Assembly (NCBI GenBank): GCA_964016885.1
Contig: OZ024757.1
Location: 7,564,001 to 7,628,000, forward strand
Direction: 5' to 3'
DNA length: 64,000 bases
Source of the DNA: Eledone cirrhosa
Taxonomy: Eukaryota
Shown: positions 1 to 15,052 of the stretch, piece by piece
Layout of the letters: each line of letters opens with the position of its first letter
How positions within the stretch are numbered: position 1 is the stretch's first letter
Translations under genes and position numbers: made by a program
Notes under the pieces: generated by a model
What the model saw: only the letters and a program-made list of their open reading frames with translations
Databases searched by the model: none
Told to the model about the DNA's origin: nothing

Positions 1-142
1 ATGGCAGGGTTATCGAGTGAGATTGAAAGAACAAGTCATGAAGACAAACTGACCCAAGTTTGATAAATAAATCTTAAAAAACAAAACTATTGTTATTTTT
101 TCCTAGACAGTAATCTTGCGAATAATTATCGTCCGCACCCTG
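1..142 (+). mobile_element. Right end of a Tc1/mariner element (paralog of 19384-20244)
   Basis: Near-identical to 20101-20244; ends in TIR ...TTATCGTCCGCACCCTG followed by TA. Confidence 0.8.
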
Positions 143-225
143 TATGTATACATATATAATATATGATATATAATATATATATACTTTGTTCATACTGCCT
201 CTCTGTTTTGTTCCCGTTCAATTTT

Positions 226-270
<45 letters not shown>

Positions 271-282
271 GTGTGTATATAT

Positions 283-1769
283 AAAAAGGGGATGCTCTGG
301 AGAGGAACAATTATAGGGGTATAAAACTGATGGATCGGGTTATGAAAGTGGCAGAAAGGATATTAGCACAACTGATTAGAGAAAGGGTCAAACTTGATGA
401 AATGCAGTTTGGTTTTGTGCCTGGGAAGAGAACAACAGATGCCCTCTTCTTGGTGAGACAATTGCAAGAGAGGTTCTTAGAGAAGAATAAGTCACTATAC
501 TTAGCCTTTGTTGACCTAGAGAAGGCCTTTTGATAGGGTGCCCCGATCTGACATCTGGTGGTCCCTAAGGAAACTTGCTGTTGTGGAATGGCTTGTAAGG
601 ACAGTGCAAACTATGTACATGGGTGCTGTCAGTAAAGACAGAGTAGGAATGGAGTTTAGTGAGGAATTCCAGATATAAGTAGGAGTACATCAAGGTTCGG
701 TCCTCAGCCCGCTCTTGTTCATTATAGTCCTCCAAGCCATAACAGAGGAGTTTAAGACTGGCTGTCCATGGGAACTTCTCTATGCTGACGATCTGGTTCT
801 TATAGCAGAATCAGTAGAGTTGCTAGAGAATAAATTCTGGCTATGGAAACAGCAGTTGGAAGCAAGAGGACTGAGAGTGAACCTAGCTAAGACAAAAGTG
901 TTGATGAGTAGAAAACAGGACAAAACTCTGATTCCGTCAGGGAAATGGCCATGTTCGATATGCAGAAAAGGAACTGGCATAAATTCTATAAAATGCACAC
1001 AATGCAGATCCTGGGTACACAAGAGATGTAGCGGGATAGCAGGCAAACTAACAGGTAGGGAGAAATATGTATGCAGTAGATGTACAGGGAAAGTTGGCAG
1101 TAGTAATCGTAGTGATAGACACATTTTTCAAATACAGTTGGGTTCTATAGAAGTGGTGGATAGCCTCCGGTACCTAGGAGATCAGATTAGCATGGGAGGA
1201 GTGTGTTCCGAGGCCATAGTATCTAGAATAAGGACGGGTTGGAAGAAGTTTAGGGAGCTGATTCCTCTGCTGAAGAAGGTTTTCTCCCTGCGTATGAAAG
1301 GCCGGTTGTATGATGCCTGTGTGAGGAGCGCGATGCTGCATGGTAGTGAGACATGTCAGCAAATGCAGAGGATATGCTACGGCAGAAGAGAAATGAGGCA
1401 AGCATGCTCAGTTGGATGTGCAGTGTATATGTGCTTGAACAACCCAGCATAAATGTGTTGAGAGAGAAACTTTGTCTGAGAGGGATAGAATGTAGTGTAC
1501 GGGAGAGGAGACTGAGGTGGTATGGACATGTGATGAGCATGGAGGATGACTGATGGGTGAAGAAGTGCCAGGAAATGCCAGTTGAAGGAAGACGTGGTAG
1601 AGGTAGACCACGAAAAACATGGGCGGAGGTGGTGAGAACAGACCTCAGATGATTGAAGCTCACTATGGAGATGACGAAGGACCGTGACGAGTGGAGAGAT
1701 GCTGTGCTGAATAAGAGCCGTCCCACCCTTGTAAGCAGGGAAAAGCGAACGTAAAATGATGATGATGAT
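283..1769 (+). mobile_element. 5'-truncated, decayed RTE-clade LINE, subfamily A (RT, PHD-like finger, C-terminus)
   Basis: ORF pieces with QFGFVPG, AFVDLEKAF, LLYADDL, YLG and ERRLRWYGHV; stops and frameshifts; ends GTAAAA(TGA)n next to (TA)n. Confidence 0.9.
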
Positions 1770-1785
1770 ATATATATATATATAT

Positions 1786-2010
1786 CATCAACATCAGTGT
1801 TTTACGTCCGTTCTTCTATGCTAGCATGGGTTTGATGGGTTGTCCTGTTGTGGGCAGTGTCCGGTTGGCTGACCTTGTCTTGCTCATATGGGAACTGATT
1901 TTGGCTTGATTTCTACAGATGGATGCCCTTCCTAACACCAACCTTATTTACAGTGAGTGCTGGGTGCTTTTCTTCCGTGGTGCCTACATGTCCACTTTAT
2001 AGTGTGGGTT
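1786..2010 (-). mobile_element. RTE subfamily B 3' UTR, tail-to-tail with the preceding element
   Basis: Reverse complement of the 3' UTR at about 25880-26100. Confidence 0.8.
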
Positions 2011-2125
2011 GATATATATATAATATATATATATAACATATATATATATATATAATATATATATATCATATAATATATATATATCATATAATATATATAA
2101 CATATATATATAATATAATATATAT

Positions 2126-2704
2126 ATCTGAGAGAGAGACTGAGCATAAGAGGAATCAAATGCTGTGTGCAGGAGAGGCAGTTGCGTTGGTATGGACATG
2201 TGATGCGTATGAAGGATGACAGCTGCATAAAAAGGTGCAGAGCACTAGAAGTCGATGGAAGCCGCGGAGTGGGGAGACCCAAGATGACCTGGGATGAGGA
2301 GATAAAAGCCGACCTTACCCAATTACATCTCTCAAAGGTGATGACACACGACCGTGACCTCTGGCGTCACGCAGTAATACAGAATACCCGACCTCCCATG
2401 GGTACAAGCTGAAGCATATAGACAATATGCCCCCTCACTCCCCACTGCAAGGTGGTCGTGGAGGTGCCACGGCAAAAAAGCACTCAGCCCACACTGTAAA
2501 GTGGACGTGTAGGCGCCACGAAAAAGCACCCAGCACTTACTGTAAATGAGGTTGGTGTTAGGAGGGCATCCAGCTCTAGAAATCAAGCCAAATCAGTTCC
2601 TTTATGAGCAAGGAATGGTCAGCCGACCAGACACTGCCCAGAACAGAACAACCCGTCTAACCCATGCTAGTGTGGAAGAATGGACGTAAAACGGTGATGA
2701 TGAT
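2126..2704 (+). mobile_element. RTE subfamily B 3' end
   Basis: ERQLRWYGHVMRM...GRPKMTW ORF piece, 3' UTR and (TGA)n tail; matches 25530-26100. Confidence 0.85.
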
Positions 2705-2828
2705 ATCTAAAATAGAGAATGTCTAAAACTCAAGAACCAACCAACCGATTGTTTTCAAATTTACACATGTAATATTTATAGTCCTGTGAGTGTTTTTCAA
2801 ATTTTCAATGCCCTAGGGACCGCATTAG

Positions 2829-4668
2829 GTTAATCCTAACTTTGCTGACTGCTCCCCAAAACATGGCTTTCACAAGCCATTCATCTACTCCTAGTTTTCT
2901 AAGAGCCCACCAGATTACAGCATGTCGAACTCTGTCAAAGGCTTTCACAAGGTCGACAAATGCCAAGTAGAGTGGCTTACTTTTAGCTAGGTACTTTTCC
3001 TGTAACTGCCTCAGAAGGAAGAGGGCATCAGTGGTGCCTCTTCCTGGTACAAACCCAAATTGCATCTTGTCTATTTTCACCCGGTCCCTAATCAACTGTG
3101 CTATAACTCTTTGTTACTTTCATGACCTGGTCCATCAGCTTCATACCTCTCAAGTTTCCTCTATATAGTGCATCGCCTTTACCTTTGTAGCAGTTGACAA
3201 TGATGCTACTGCACCAATCTTTTGCTATGACACCTAGTATTACCTGGTTAACAATACGTGTGGTTATAGTGTGACCTACAGACCCAGATGCCTTCAGCAT
3301 CTCGGCAGCTATACTCGATGGACCAGTTGCCTTCCCCATCTTCATATCTTTGATTGCCTTACTTACTACGTTGCTGCTGACTTGTACTGCTGGCCCCTCT
3401 ATAGGGTCTACTTGGGGTAGGGTCTCTTCTTCCCATGCATTCTCCTCATTTAGTAATCTCTCATAATGACTCTTCCATGCATCTTTCTTCTCAACACTTG
3501 TGAGGGCAAGCTCACCTTTATCATTCCGGATACACTTCTCTCCAATGACATCACAACTATCTCTGACACACTGCCTCGCAATCTTGAATACCTCCTGTTT
3601 CTGGCCCTCAGGTTGCAAAACATGCTTGAATTTTCTATCCTCTGCTTCCCTCCTAGCTAAGTATACTTGTCCCCTAACTTCCCTCTTGGTCTCTATGTAA
3701 TGTACCCTGCTCCCCCCATTCTTCCATTCTTTCCATGCCTGTCTCTTGGCCTTAACTGCTTCATCTACCTTATTGTTCCACCACCAAGTCACTCTCCTCC
3801 TGCTTGAGGTCTTACTCCAGCCACAGACCTCATCCGTCGCCTCTAGTAAATTATTTTTTAGGAACTCCCAGTTCTCTTCTACATTGAATGTCTCTATCTG
3901 TTCTTCTTTACTGTCGTAGGCATTGAGTAAAATATCTTTAAATCTGTTACTGGTTGAGGGGACTTTCATCTTCCAGATCTTTCTTCTCCAGGTTGGTCTC
4001 TGTTTCCAGGTTCGACTAGTTCTGGCCGTGAGGTCGCTGACAACTAAGCTATGTTGGGATGTACATTCCTCACTAGGGAAGGCTTTTGTGTTTACGACCG
4101 TCCATCTGTCACGTCCTCTGATGAGGATAAAATCTATCTGACTGGAGTGCTCCCCTGATCTATAGGTGATCAGGTGGTTGTCGGGTTTTTTAAAGTTTGT
4201 GTTACATATCGACATGTCATTGGCGTCGCAGAATTCTAGAAGTCTGAATCCCTCCTCATTTCTTGTGCCAACCCCTTGGCCTCCATGTACTCTATTGAAG
4301 CCGTCGCAGTGTTTACCTACGTGTCCGTTAAAATCTCCTGCGATGATTAGGAAGTCATTGTCGTCTGTTAGAGCAGTAGTGTGCATTAGGGACTCGTAAA
4401 ACCTATCCTTAAGTTCGGCTGGCAGCCCCGATTGGGGTGCGTCAGCTGATATTATTGTGGTAATTGTTTTATGCAGGACTAGTCTGAGTTTAATGATTCT
4501 TGCATTTACCCTGTACACTGAGATTACTTTATCTACCTACTTGTCAGCTAGTAGTATACCTACACCACCCATCCCATCGTCATTTGTCACCCAGAAAAAT
4601 TCGTAGCACCGACTTTTTCCTACAAGGACTCTGGCACACTCTCCTCTCCATCTAGTCTCTTGCACACA
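2829..4668 (-). mobile_element. RTE subfamily B, APE endonuclease to RT segment, inverted
   Basis: ORF 3088-4518 (GDFNGH, SQIDFIL) is near-identical to part of ORF 22827-24740; frameshift near 3090. Confidence 0.9.
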
Positions 4669-4829
4669 TGTATATATATATTATACAGATATATATGTGT
4701 CACTTGCTGGATCTGCTAGAAGGACCCAGATAATATGAGATGTTCTCCCGGCTGTATCATATACTGCAAATCTATGCAGATGTATACACATATATACACA
4801 GACACATAAACATACACATGTAATTATAC

Positions 4830-5222
4830 ACACATTGAAGTGGTTGATAGCTTCTGTGACTTAATTAGCAGTGGAGGATGACTGTATAACACCTGCCAAT
4901 AAAATATGATGCTGCATGGTAGTGAAACATGGGCTGTGACAGCAGAAAAAAGTGTAGACTGGAGAGGAATGAAGCAACCATGATTCATTGGATGTGGGTG
5001 AAGAAGTGCCAGGACATCCCGGTAGAAGGAAGCCATAGTAGAGGTAGACCAATAAAGATCTGGACAGAGGCTGTGTGAACTGACTTCAAATGACTGACTC
5101 TCACAGAGGAGATGACAAAGGAACACGACAAGTTGAAAGATGCCATGTTGAGAAGGACATGTCCAACCCAAGGAAGCATAGAAAAACAGACATAAAAACA
5201 GTGATGATGTTGATGAAGATGA
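4830..5222 (+). mobile_element. Old, decayed RTE 3' fragment (subfamily D)
   Basis: MLHGSETW and GRP-like remnants with a (TGA)-type tail; paralog at about 27195-27720. Confidence 0.7.
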
Positions 5223-5272
5223 CGTACATATACACACATACATAATAAATAAATCAAATACAGATATGCACA

Positions 5273-5607
5273 GTGGAGGCACATGGCTTAGTGGTTAGAG
5301 CATTGGCCTTGCAATCGAAAGGTTGTGAGTTCAATTCTCAGACCGTGTGATGTGTTGTTTCCTTGAGCAAGACACTTTATTTCACATTGCTCCAGTTTAC
5401 TCAGCTGTAGAAATGAGATGATAGGGACTGGGGTTCATATTATTCCACTGCAAAGTGGCCGTGGAGGTGCCACGGCAAAAAAGCACCCAGCACTCTCTGT
5501 AAATGAGGTTGGTGTTAAGAAGGGCATCCAGCTGTAGAAATCAAGCCAGAATCAGTTCCCGTCCCACCCTTGCAAGCAGGGAAAAGCGGACATAAAAAGA
5601 TGATGAT
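5273..5607 (+). mobile_element. tRNA-derived SINE with an RTE-derived 3' tail
   Basis: A box TGGCTTAGTGG, B box GAGTTCAATTC, TCCTTGAGCAAGACACTTT core and RTE 3' UTR with (TGA)n; flanked by GATATGCACA/GATATGTACA; absent at paralogous site 27762. Confidence 0.8.
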
Positions 5608-5869
5608 GATATGTACATACTTATATACAAACATATACATGGACACAAATTTCTACACACATACATTCACATATAGCATATGTCAATTCTGAACAATACA
5701 GTTTTGTCAGCACAAGTCTTGGTTAAAACATCTAAAATAAAATGAAAGAAGAATAATTTCTTAGTAAAACAGTTTTATTCAAGATATTAACAACATTTTA
5801 GGTGAGTGACATGGTTTTTATCTTGTCTGATTGTGTTTGTGTTGCATCAAGTAACCTTTACAAGAGAAT

Positions 5870-6300
5870 TATTTATCACAGACACCACAGTGATATGGTT
5901 CCTCTCTTGTATGTGCTAGTGTGTAGGGAAGCCACAACATTTAGAGAAGGATTTATCACAGTGATATGCTTCCTCTCCTGTATATGTTAGTGTGTAGTGA
6001 AGCCACAACATTTAGAGAAGGATTTACCACAGACACCACAGTGATATGGTTCCTCTCCTGTATGTTAGTGTGTAGTGAAGCCACAACATATAGAGAAGGA
6101 TTTATCACAGACATCACAGTGATATGGTTCCTCTCCTGTATATGTTAGCGTGTAGGGAAGCCACAATATATAGAGAATTATTTACCACAGACATCACAGG
6201 GATATAGTTCCTCTCCTGTAAGTTATTGTGTAGTGAAGCCACAACATTTAGAGAAGGATTTACCACAGACATCACAGTGATATGGTTCCTCTCCTGTATG
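5870..6300 (-). repeat. About 78-80 bp minisatellite derived from a degenerate C2H2 finger, about 6 copies
   Basis: GTGATATGGTTCCTCTCCTG-like motif recurs at about 5890, 5961, 6041, 6119, 6199 and 6277; resembles the reverse complement of TGEKPYHC codons. Confidence 0.75.
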
Positions 6301-6712
6301 TTAGTGTTTGGTGAAACCAAAATTAGAAAATGAATTACATGGACTGAGGTGGTAAGGGCAGACCTCTGAACCTCACGGTGTAGATGACAAAGGACCGTGA
6401 CAAGTGAAGAGATGCTTTGCTGAATAGGACCCATCCCACCCTTGCAAGCAGGGAAAAGCGGACGTAAAATGATGCTGATGATGATGATGATAATATGGTT
6501 TCCCTCATCTATGCATATATTTAGTTAAATTGCTGCATTAAAAGATATATTTTCCAAACATATCAAAGTGATATGGCTTCCCACCTGTATATGTTTGTGT
6601 GAAGTTAATGTAGCATTGAAAGAGAATGATTTACCATAGATATTACACTGATATATATTTGTATTCTCATTAATTCACAATTTTGAGAGGATTTATCACT
6701 GATGTCAATGCG

Positions 6713-8930
<2,218 letters not shown>

Positions 8931-9652
8931 ATATTTTCTTCAACAGAATATACAATTGATTTACTTGTAATATTTCTTATATTATATTCCTAAAAAATAT
9001 ATCTTCTATATTTCCCTCAACTGTGATTTCAGTTAATATCTGAAGATAATACAAACTTATGTTTCACCCAAGTTTAGTTAAAATACAAAACCATCTCATA
9101 GTGAAGAAAATAAACTCAGTTCTGAGGAAATATTTCACAGTAATTGAACTATAGATTTATATAAACAGTGTTATATAAGTTCTGTTTAAAATGTTTTAGT
9201 CTTCAAATGATAAATATAGGTGGTGTATCCAAGATTGAAAATAATACTTTATGCCAATGTCATCTGGTATTCTGAAATGAAAAAGAAACAGTATGAGATA
9301 ATACAGAATACTTTAGAAGTAGAGATAGATTTAACAGTGGACATTTTATATTTCTATGTTGATAAACTATAGATGTCAACTTTCCTGTCCAGAGCAATTC
9401 TCTCCAATGTAAGCAGTGGTATTCAAGCAAGCTCTGTAAATTATATCCTTCTATCTCTAGAGAGGTCTGCTCTACGGCAGTTTAGTGAAAAATTCATTCT
9501 GATAGGACTTTCTAACGTAGCTATCATCTCCTCTCCTGGTGACATGTCCATACAGGTTTAACATATACATATATAAATATATATACACACACACACATAT
9601 ATATACACATATATATAAATATATATACACACACATACATACATATACACAC

Positions 9653-9682
<30 letters not shown>

Positions 9683-9684
<2 letters not shown>

Positions 9685-10788
9685 GCAACTTTTACAAACA
9701 ACCGCAATGACAGAGGATGGAGACATAATTATGCTAGCAGGGGACTTCAATGGTCATGTTGGACAGCTCCAGGATGGTTACATTGGGGTACATGGTGGGC
9801 ACGGTTACGGCTCAAGAAATGAAGAAGGAGTGAGACTTCTTGAATTTTGTGATGCAAGTACACTGACTGTTTGCAACACAAACTTCCAGAAACCTGCCAA
9901 TCCCCTAATAACCTACAAATCAGGCGAGCAAATAAGCCAGATTGACTTCTTACTAGTTAGGCAGCGGGACAGGCGTCAAATACCAAGGCATACCCTGGGG
10001 AAGAATGTACCCCACAGCATAGGTTAGTCGTTAGTGATATCTCAGTAAGCAAGAGATGGAATGAGACATACAGGAAGGTATGGAGAAGAAAGGTCTGGAA
10101 GCTAAAAGAGCTTTCACTAAAATACAAATTAAGGAAAGCTCTTCAAGATGTGTATGATGAAAAATTAGAGACAAAAGACTATCATGGAAAGCTTGGAAAA
10201 AGGGTGGGAGTAGAGAAGGATATACAGCCGCTAAGTGAGAAGCTAGACGTCAGGTGTACTTAGCACGCATGGAGGCTGAGAGTAGAAGGTTTGCCAATGT
10301 TCTTCGATGGGAAGATCAGAGGCGTGCGGTGTTCCACATTGCAAGGCAGTGTGTCAATGTAATGTTGCAGGAGATAAATGTGTCCGGAATGATGCCGGTG
10401 TACTTAGTGTCACGAATGATCAGAAAAAGGAGGCCTGGAAATGTCATTATGAAGACTGATGAATGTGGAGCACGAATGGGAGAGAGAGAAATTACCCTCA
10501 GTAGATCCAACAGAGGGACTAGCTATTGAGAGTGACGAATATAGGGTACAAGAGGCGACTAAGGAAATGAAAAATGGTAAGGCTTCTGGACCATCGGGGA
10601 TAGTTGCTGAGATGCTGAAGGCATCAGGGGATGTAGGCACTAAACTGGTTGTACGCATCATCAATCAGGCTATATATGGTGGTGACATACCCAAAGACTG
10701 GTGCAGCAGTATTCACATAAATTGCTACAAAGGTAAAAGGGATGCTCTAGAGAGGAGCAATTATAGGGGTATAAAACTGATGGATCAG
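9683..10788 (+). mobile_element. RTE LINE endonuclease-to-RT fragment
   Basis: AGDFNGH, QIDFLL, ASGPSGI and NYRGIKLMDQ pieces. Confidence 0.85.
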
Positions 10789-12145
10789 CTTGCAAGGGTG
10801 GGACGGGTCTTATTCAGCACAGCATCTCTCCACTTGTCACGGTCCTTCGTCATCTCCACTGTGAGTTTCAGCAATCTGAGGTCTGTTCTCACCACCTCCG
10901 CCCATGTTTTTCGTGGTCTACCTCTAATACGTCTTCCTTCAACTGGCATTTCCTGGCACTTCTTCACCCATCAGTCTCCCTCCATGCGCATTACATGTCC
11001 ATACCACCTCAGTCTCCTCTCCCGTACACTACATCCTATCTCTCTCAGACACAGTTACTCTCTCAACACATCTCTGCTGGGTCGTTCACACACATTGACA
11101 TTGCACATTCAACGGAGCATGCTTGCTCATTTCTCTCCAGCCGTCGCATATCCTCTGCAGTTGCTGCCCATGTCTCACTGCCATGCAGCATTGCGCTCCT
11201 CACACGGGCATCATATAATCGGCCTTTCGTACGCAGGGAAAAACCTTTCCTTGACAGCAGCTCCCTAAACTTCTTCCAACCCGTCCTTATTCTAGATACT
11301 ATGGTCTCGGAACAGCCCCCCCCCTCCCATGCTAATCTGATCTCCTAGGTACCGGAAGCTATCCACCACTTCTATAGCACCCACCTGCATTTGAAAAATG
11401 TGTCTATCACTGTCTACGTATTTCTCCCTACCTGTTAGTTTGCCTGCTAACCCGCTACATCTCTTGTGTACCCAGGATCTGCATTGTGTGCATTTCATAG
11501 AATTTATGCTAGTTCCTTTTCTGCATATCGAACATGGCCATTTCCCTGACGGAATCAGAGTTTTGTCCGCTTTTCTACTCATCAACACTTTTCTCTTAGC
11601 TAGGTTCACCCTCAGTCCTCTTGCTTCCAACTGCTGTTTCCATAGCCAGAATTTATTCTCTAGCTCCTATTCTGATTCTGCTATAAGAACCAGATCGCCA
11701 GCATAGAGAAGTTCCCATGGACAGCCAGTCTTAAACTTCTCTGTTATGGCTTGGAGGACTATAATGAACAAGAGTGGGCTGAGGACCGAACCTTGATGTA
11801 CTCCTACTTGTATCTGGAATTCCTCACTAAACTCCATTCCTACCCTGTCTTTACTGACAGCACCTCTGTACAAAGTTTGCACTGTCCTCACAAGCCATTC
11901 CTCAACACCTAGTTTCCTTAGGGACCATCAGGTGACAGATCGGGGTACCCTATCAGAAGCCTTCTCTAGGTCAACAAAGGCTCAGTATAGAGTATAGTGG
12001 CTTATTCATCTCTAAGAACCTCTCTTGTAATTGTCTCACCAAGAAGAGGGCATCTGTTGTACTTTTCCCAGGCACAAAACCAAACTGCATCTCATCTAGT
12101 TTAACCCTTTCATAACCTGATTACCACTTTCATAACCTGATCCAC
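10789..12145 (-). mobile_element. RTE subfamily A RT-to-3' segment, inverted relative to 9683-10788
   Basis: VHQGSVLSP, PHD-like motif and GRPRKTW on the minus strand; begins at TGGATCAG, where the plus fragment breaks. Confidence 0.85.
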
Positions 12146-12291
12146 ATATATATATACATATATATATACATATATATATATACATATATATATACATATA
12201 TATATATATATACATATATATATACATATATATCTAACCCATGCTAGCGTGGAAGAACGGACGTAAAACGGTGATGATGATGATGATGATG

Positions 12292-12366
<75 letters not shown>

Positions 12367-12367
<1 letters not shown>

Positions 12368-13632
12368 GTCTAAGACTAAAGTCCTAGTTTGTAGAAAGGA
12401 AAATAGGGCACAGGTACCCCCAGGGAAATGGCCATGATCAGTGTGTAGGAAAGGAGTAGGCAGAAATTCCATTTTATGTCCCAAATACAAACTATGGGTA
12501 CATAAAAGATGTAGTGGGATCACAGGTAAAACTATCTAAGAACGTAGACTTTATATGTGGCCGATGCTCAGGTGCAATAAGTAGCAAGTGTCCACAGGAT
12601 ACTAGCTCCTTCTATTGCCCAGAGGGTTCTATAGAAATAGTAGACACTTTCCGTTACCTGGGTGCTGAAATCAGCAGTGGTGGAGGGTGCTCTGAAAGTA
12701 CAGTGGCCAGAGTCAGAACGGGATGGAAAGAGTTCAGAGAGCTTATACCGCTGTTGGCCGCTAAAGGGTTCTCTCTAAAAATGAAAGGCAGATTGTATGA
12801 TGCTTGTATATGAACAGAAATGATACAATGCAGTGAGACACGGGCATTGTGTGAAGAGGACCTGCGTAGACTGGAAAGGGACGAAGCATGCATGCTCCGT
12901 TGGATGTGTAATAGTAATATACGTGAACGGCAAAGCATAAATGAACTAAGTCAGAAATAAGGAAAAAGAGGGATCAGATGTGTTTACTCGAGAGAAGACT
13001 ACGTTGGTATGACCACGTGATGCGCATGCAAGACGATAGCTGCATAAAAAAGTGCAGGGCAATCAAAATTGATGGTAGTTACGGAGTAGGTAGACCCAGA
13101 AAAACCTGGGACGATCTGATAAATTCCGACCTCACACACTTACACCTCTCTAAGACAATGTCACTGGACCGAGATCCTTGACGCTACGCAGTAATACAGA
13201 AGACCCGCCTTCCCTATGTACACAGTGAAACCTACAGTCAGTAGGCACCTCATAACCAAATATACACCCCAATCCACTACCCCTACCCTATCCTCCCACT
13301 ACCACCAACACCACCCTCTCTCTATAAAGTTGGTACCACAACATCCAGTCCAAATAAATGAGATAATGAGATCGAGATCGTGTAGGTATCCTAAAAAAAA
13401 CACACAGTCCACGCTGTAATGTGGTCATGTAGGTAACACGGTAAAAAGTTCCCAGTTCCACACTGTAAATGTGGTTGGTGTTAGGAAGGGCACCCAGCCG
13501 TAGAAAACCTGCCAGATAGTCCTATATGAGCGAGACACGGTCACCCGACCAACCTTGCCTCAAGTGGGACAACTCCCGTCTAATCCATGCTAGCGTGGAA
13601 AATGGATGTTAAACGAAGATGATGATGATGAT
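12367..13632 (+). mobile_element. RTE subfamily C 3' portion
   Basis: FRYLG and ERRLRWYDHV pieces, long 3' UTR and (TGA)n tail. Confidence 0.85.
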
Positions 13633-13638
13633 ACATAC

Positions 13639-13669
<31 letters not shown>

Positions 13670-13715
13670 TATACATATATATATACATATACATTTGTAT
13701 ATATATATACATATA

Positions 13716-14518
13716 TACATGGCTTGTATAGCTCTCATAAGCGTTTCATCTACACCTAGTTTTCTAAGAGCCCACCAGATAATGGAGCGGAGGTCTCTGT
13801 CAAAGGCTTTCTCCAGGTCTACAAAAGCTAAGTAGAGGGGTTTACTTTTAGCTAGGTACTTCTCCTGTAGTTGCCGTACAAGGAAAAGAGTGTCTGTGGT
13901 ACTTTTACCCGACACAAACTCAAACTGCATTTCATCTAGATCAATTCGCTCTCTGAAACCTTGATGACCTGGTCAACTAACTTAATGCCTCTATAGGTTC
14001 CCCTATCTAGAGCATCCCCTATACAGTTAATGACTGCTACACCAGTCCTTTGGTATGACCCCATTCTGTATTACTTGGTTTACTATCTGGGTGACCATAG
14101 TGTGTCCCACCATACCAGATGCCTTCAACATCTCAGCAACTATCTCCGAAGGCCCAGCTGCCTTGCCTGTCTTCATATCTTTGATTGCCTTACTTACTAT
14201 ACTACCTTTAACTTGCACCGCTGGTCCTTCTATTGGATCGATTTGGGGCAGACTATCTTTTTCCCAGTTATTCTCCTCATTTAGTAGCCTCTCGTAGTGA
14301 CACTTCCAAGCTATCTTCTTATCAGTATCAGTGAGGCTAAGTACACCATTATCATTACAGACTCACTTCTCCCCGACAATATCACGATTTTCCTTGACAC
14401 ATTGCCTAGCAATCCTGAGCACCTCACGTTTTTGGTCCTCTTGTTGTAGAAAATGCTTGATCTTTCTATCCTCTGCTTCCCCCTTTGCAAGGTACACTTG
14501 TCTCCTAGCTTCTCTCCA
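13716..14518 (-). mobile_element. RTE subfamily C internal fragment
   Basis: AFVDLEKAFD and KAAGPSEI pieces. Confidence 0.8.
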
Positions 14519-14520
14519 TA

Positions 14521-14990
14521 AAAGAACTAGAGAACAAGTGACCCTCTGCATATGTAGGAAAGGAGTAGGCATAAACTGTACACAATGATAGCATCTTGCT
14601 ATCTAGGTGGAGAGAAATGGAGCAACCATGCTTCGTTGGATGTGCAACGTAAATGTGAGAGGAAGGCACAGCTTGGATAAATTGAGGAAGAATTTGGACT
14701 TCAGAGGAAACCTAAGTGGTGTGCAAGAAAGAAGAATGCTTTTGTAGGGATATGTGATATCCATGGATGGTGATCACTGGTTAAAGAAGTGCCAGGTAAT
14801 ATCAAAGGAGGGAAACGATAGTAGAGGTAGACCAAGGAAGACCAGGATAGATGTGGTGAGAGCTGATCTCAAATTGCTGAGACTCAAAGAGGAGATAACG
14901 AAGGAACAAGCGAGTGGGGAGATGTTGTGCTTAAAAGAACACATCCAACCCATGCCAGGAGTGAAAAACGGGCGTAAAATTATGATGATG
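14521..14990 (+). mobile_element. Decayed RTE 3' fragment (subfamily D)
   Basis: GRPRKT piece and (TGA)n tail; paralog at about 35230-35800. Confidence 0.7.
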
Positions 14991-15052
14991 TAGATCAAGT
15001 AAATTATATCAAAATAGATTTAGACTAAAACGAACAAAACTTCTCTGAAAAA

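Noticed and set aside
780-1726. Antisense ORFs overlapping RTE copies (also 17743-18603, 21186-21809)
   Set aside because: Shadow frames of RT-coding DNA, not kept intact between copies
5273-5345. Possible tRNA gene (also 26830 and 31400)
   Set aside because: A/B boxes without a full cloverleaf, continuing into SINE core and tail
5870-6300. Regularly spaced repeats resembling a CRISPR array
   Set aside because: No unique spacers, derived from zinc-finger codons, eukaryotic context, no cas genes
10459-11268. 269-aa ORF suggesting a novel fusion protein
   Set aside because: Read-through from an RTE fragment into antisense RTE across an inversion junction
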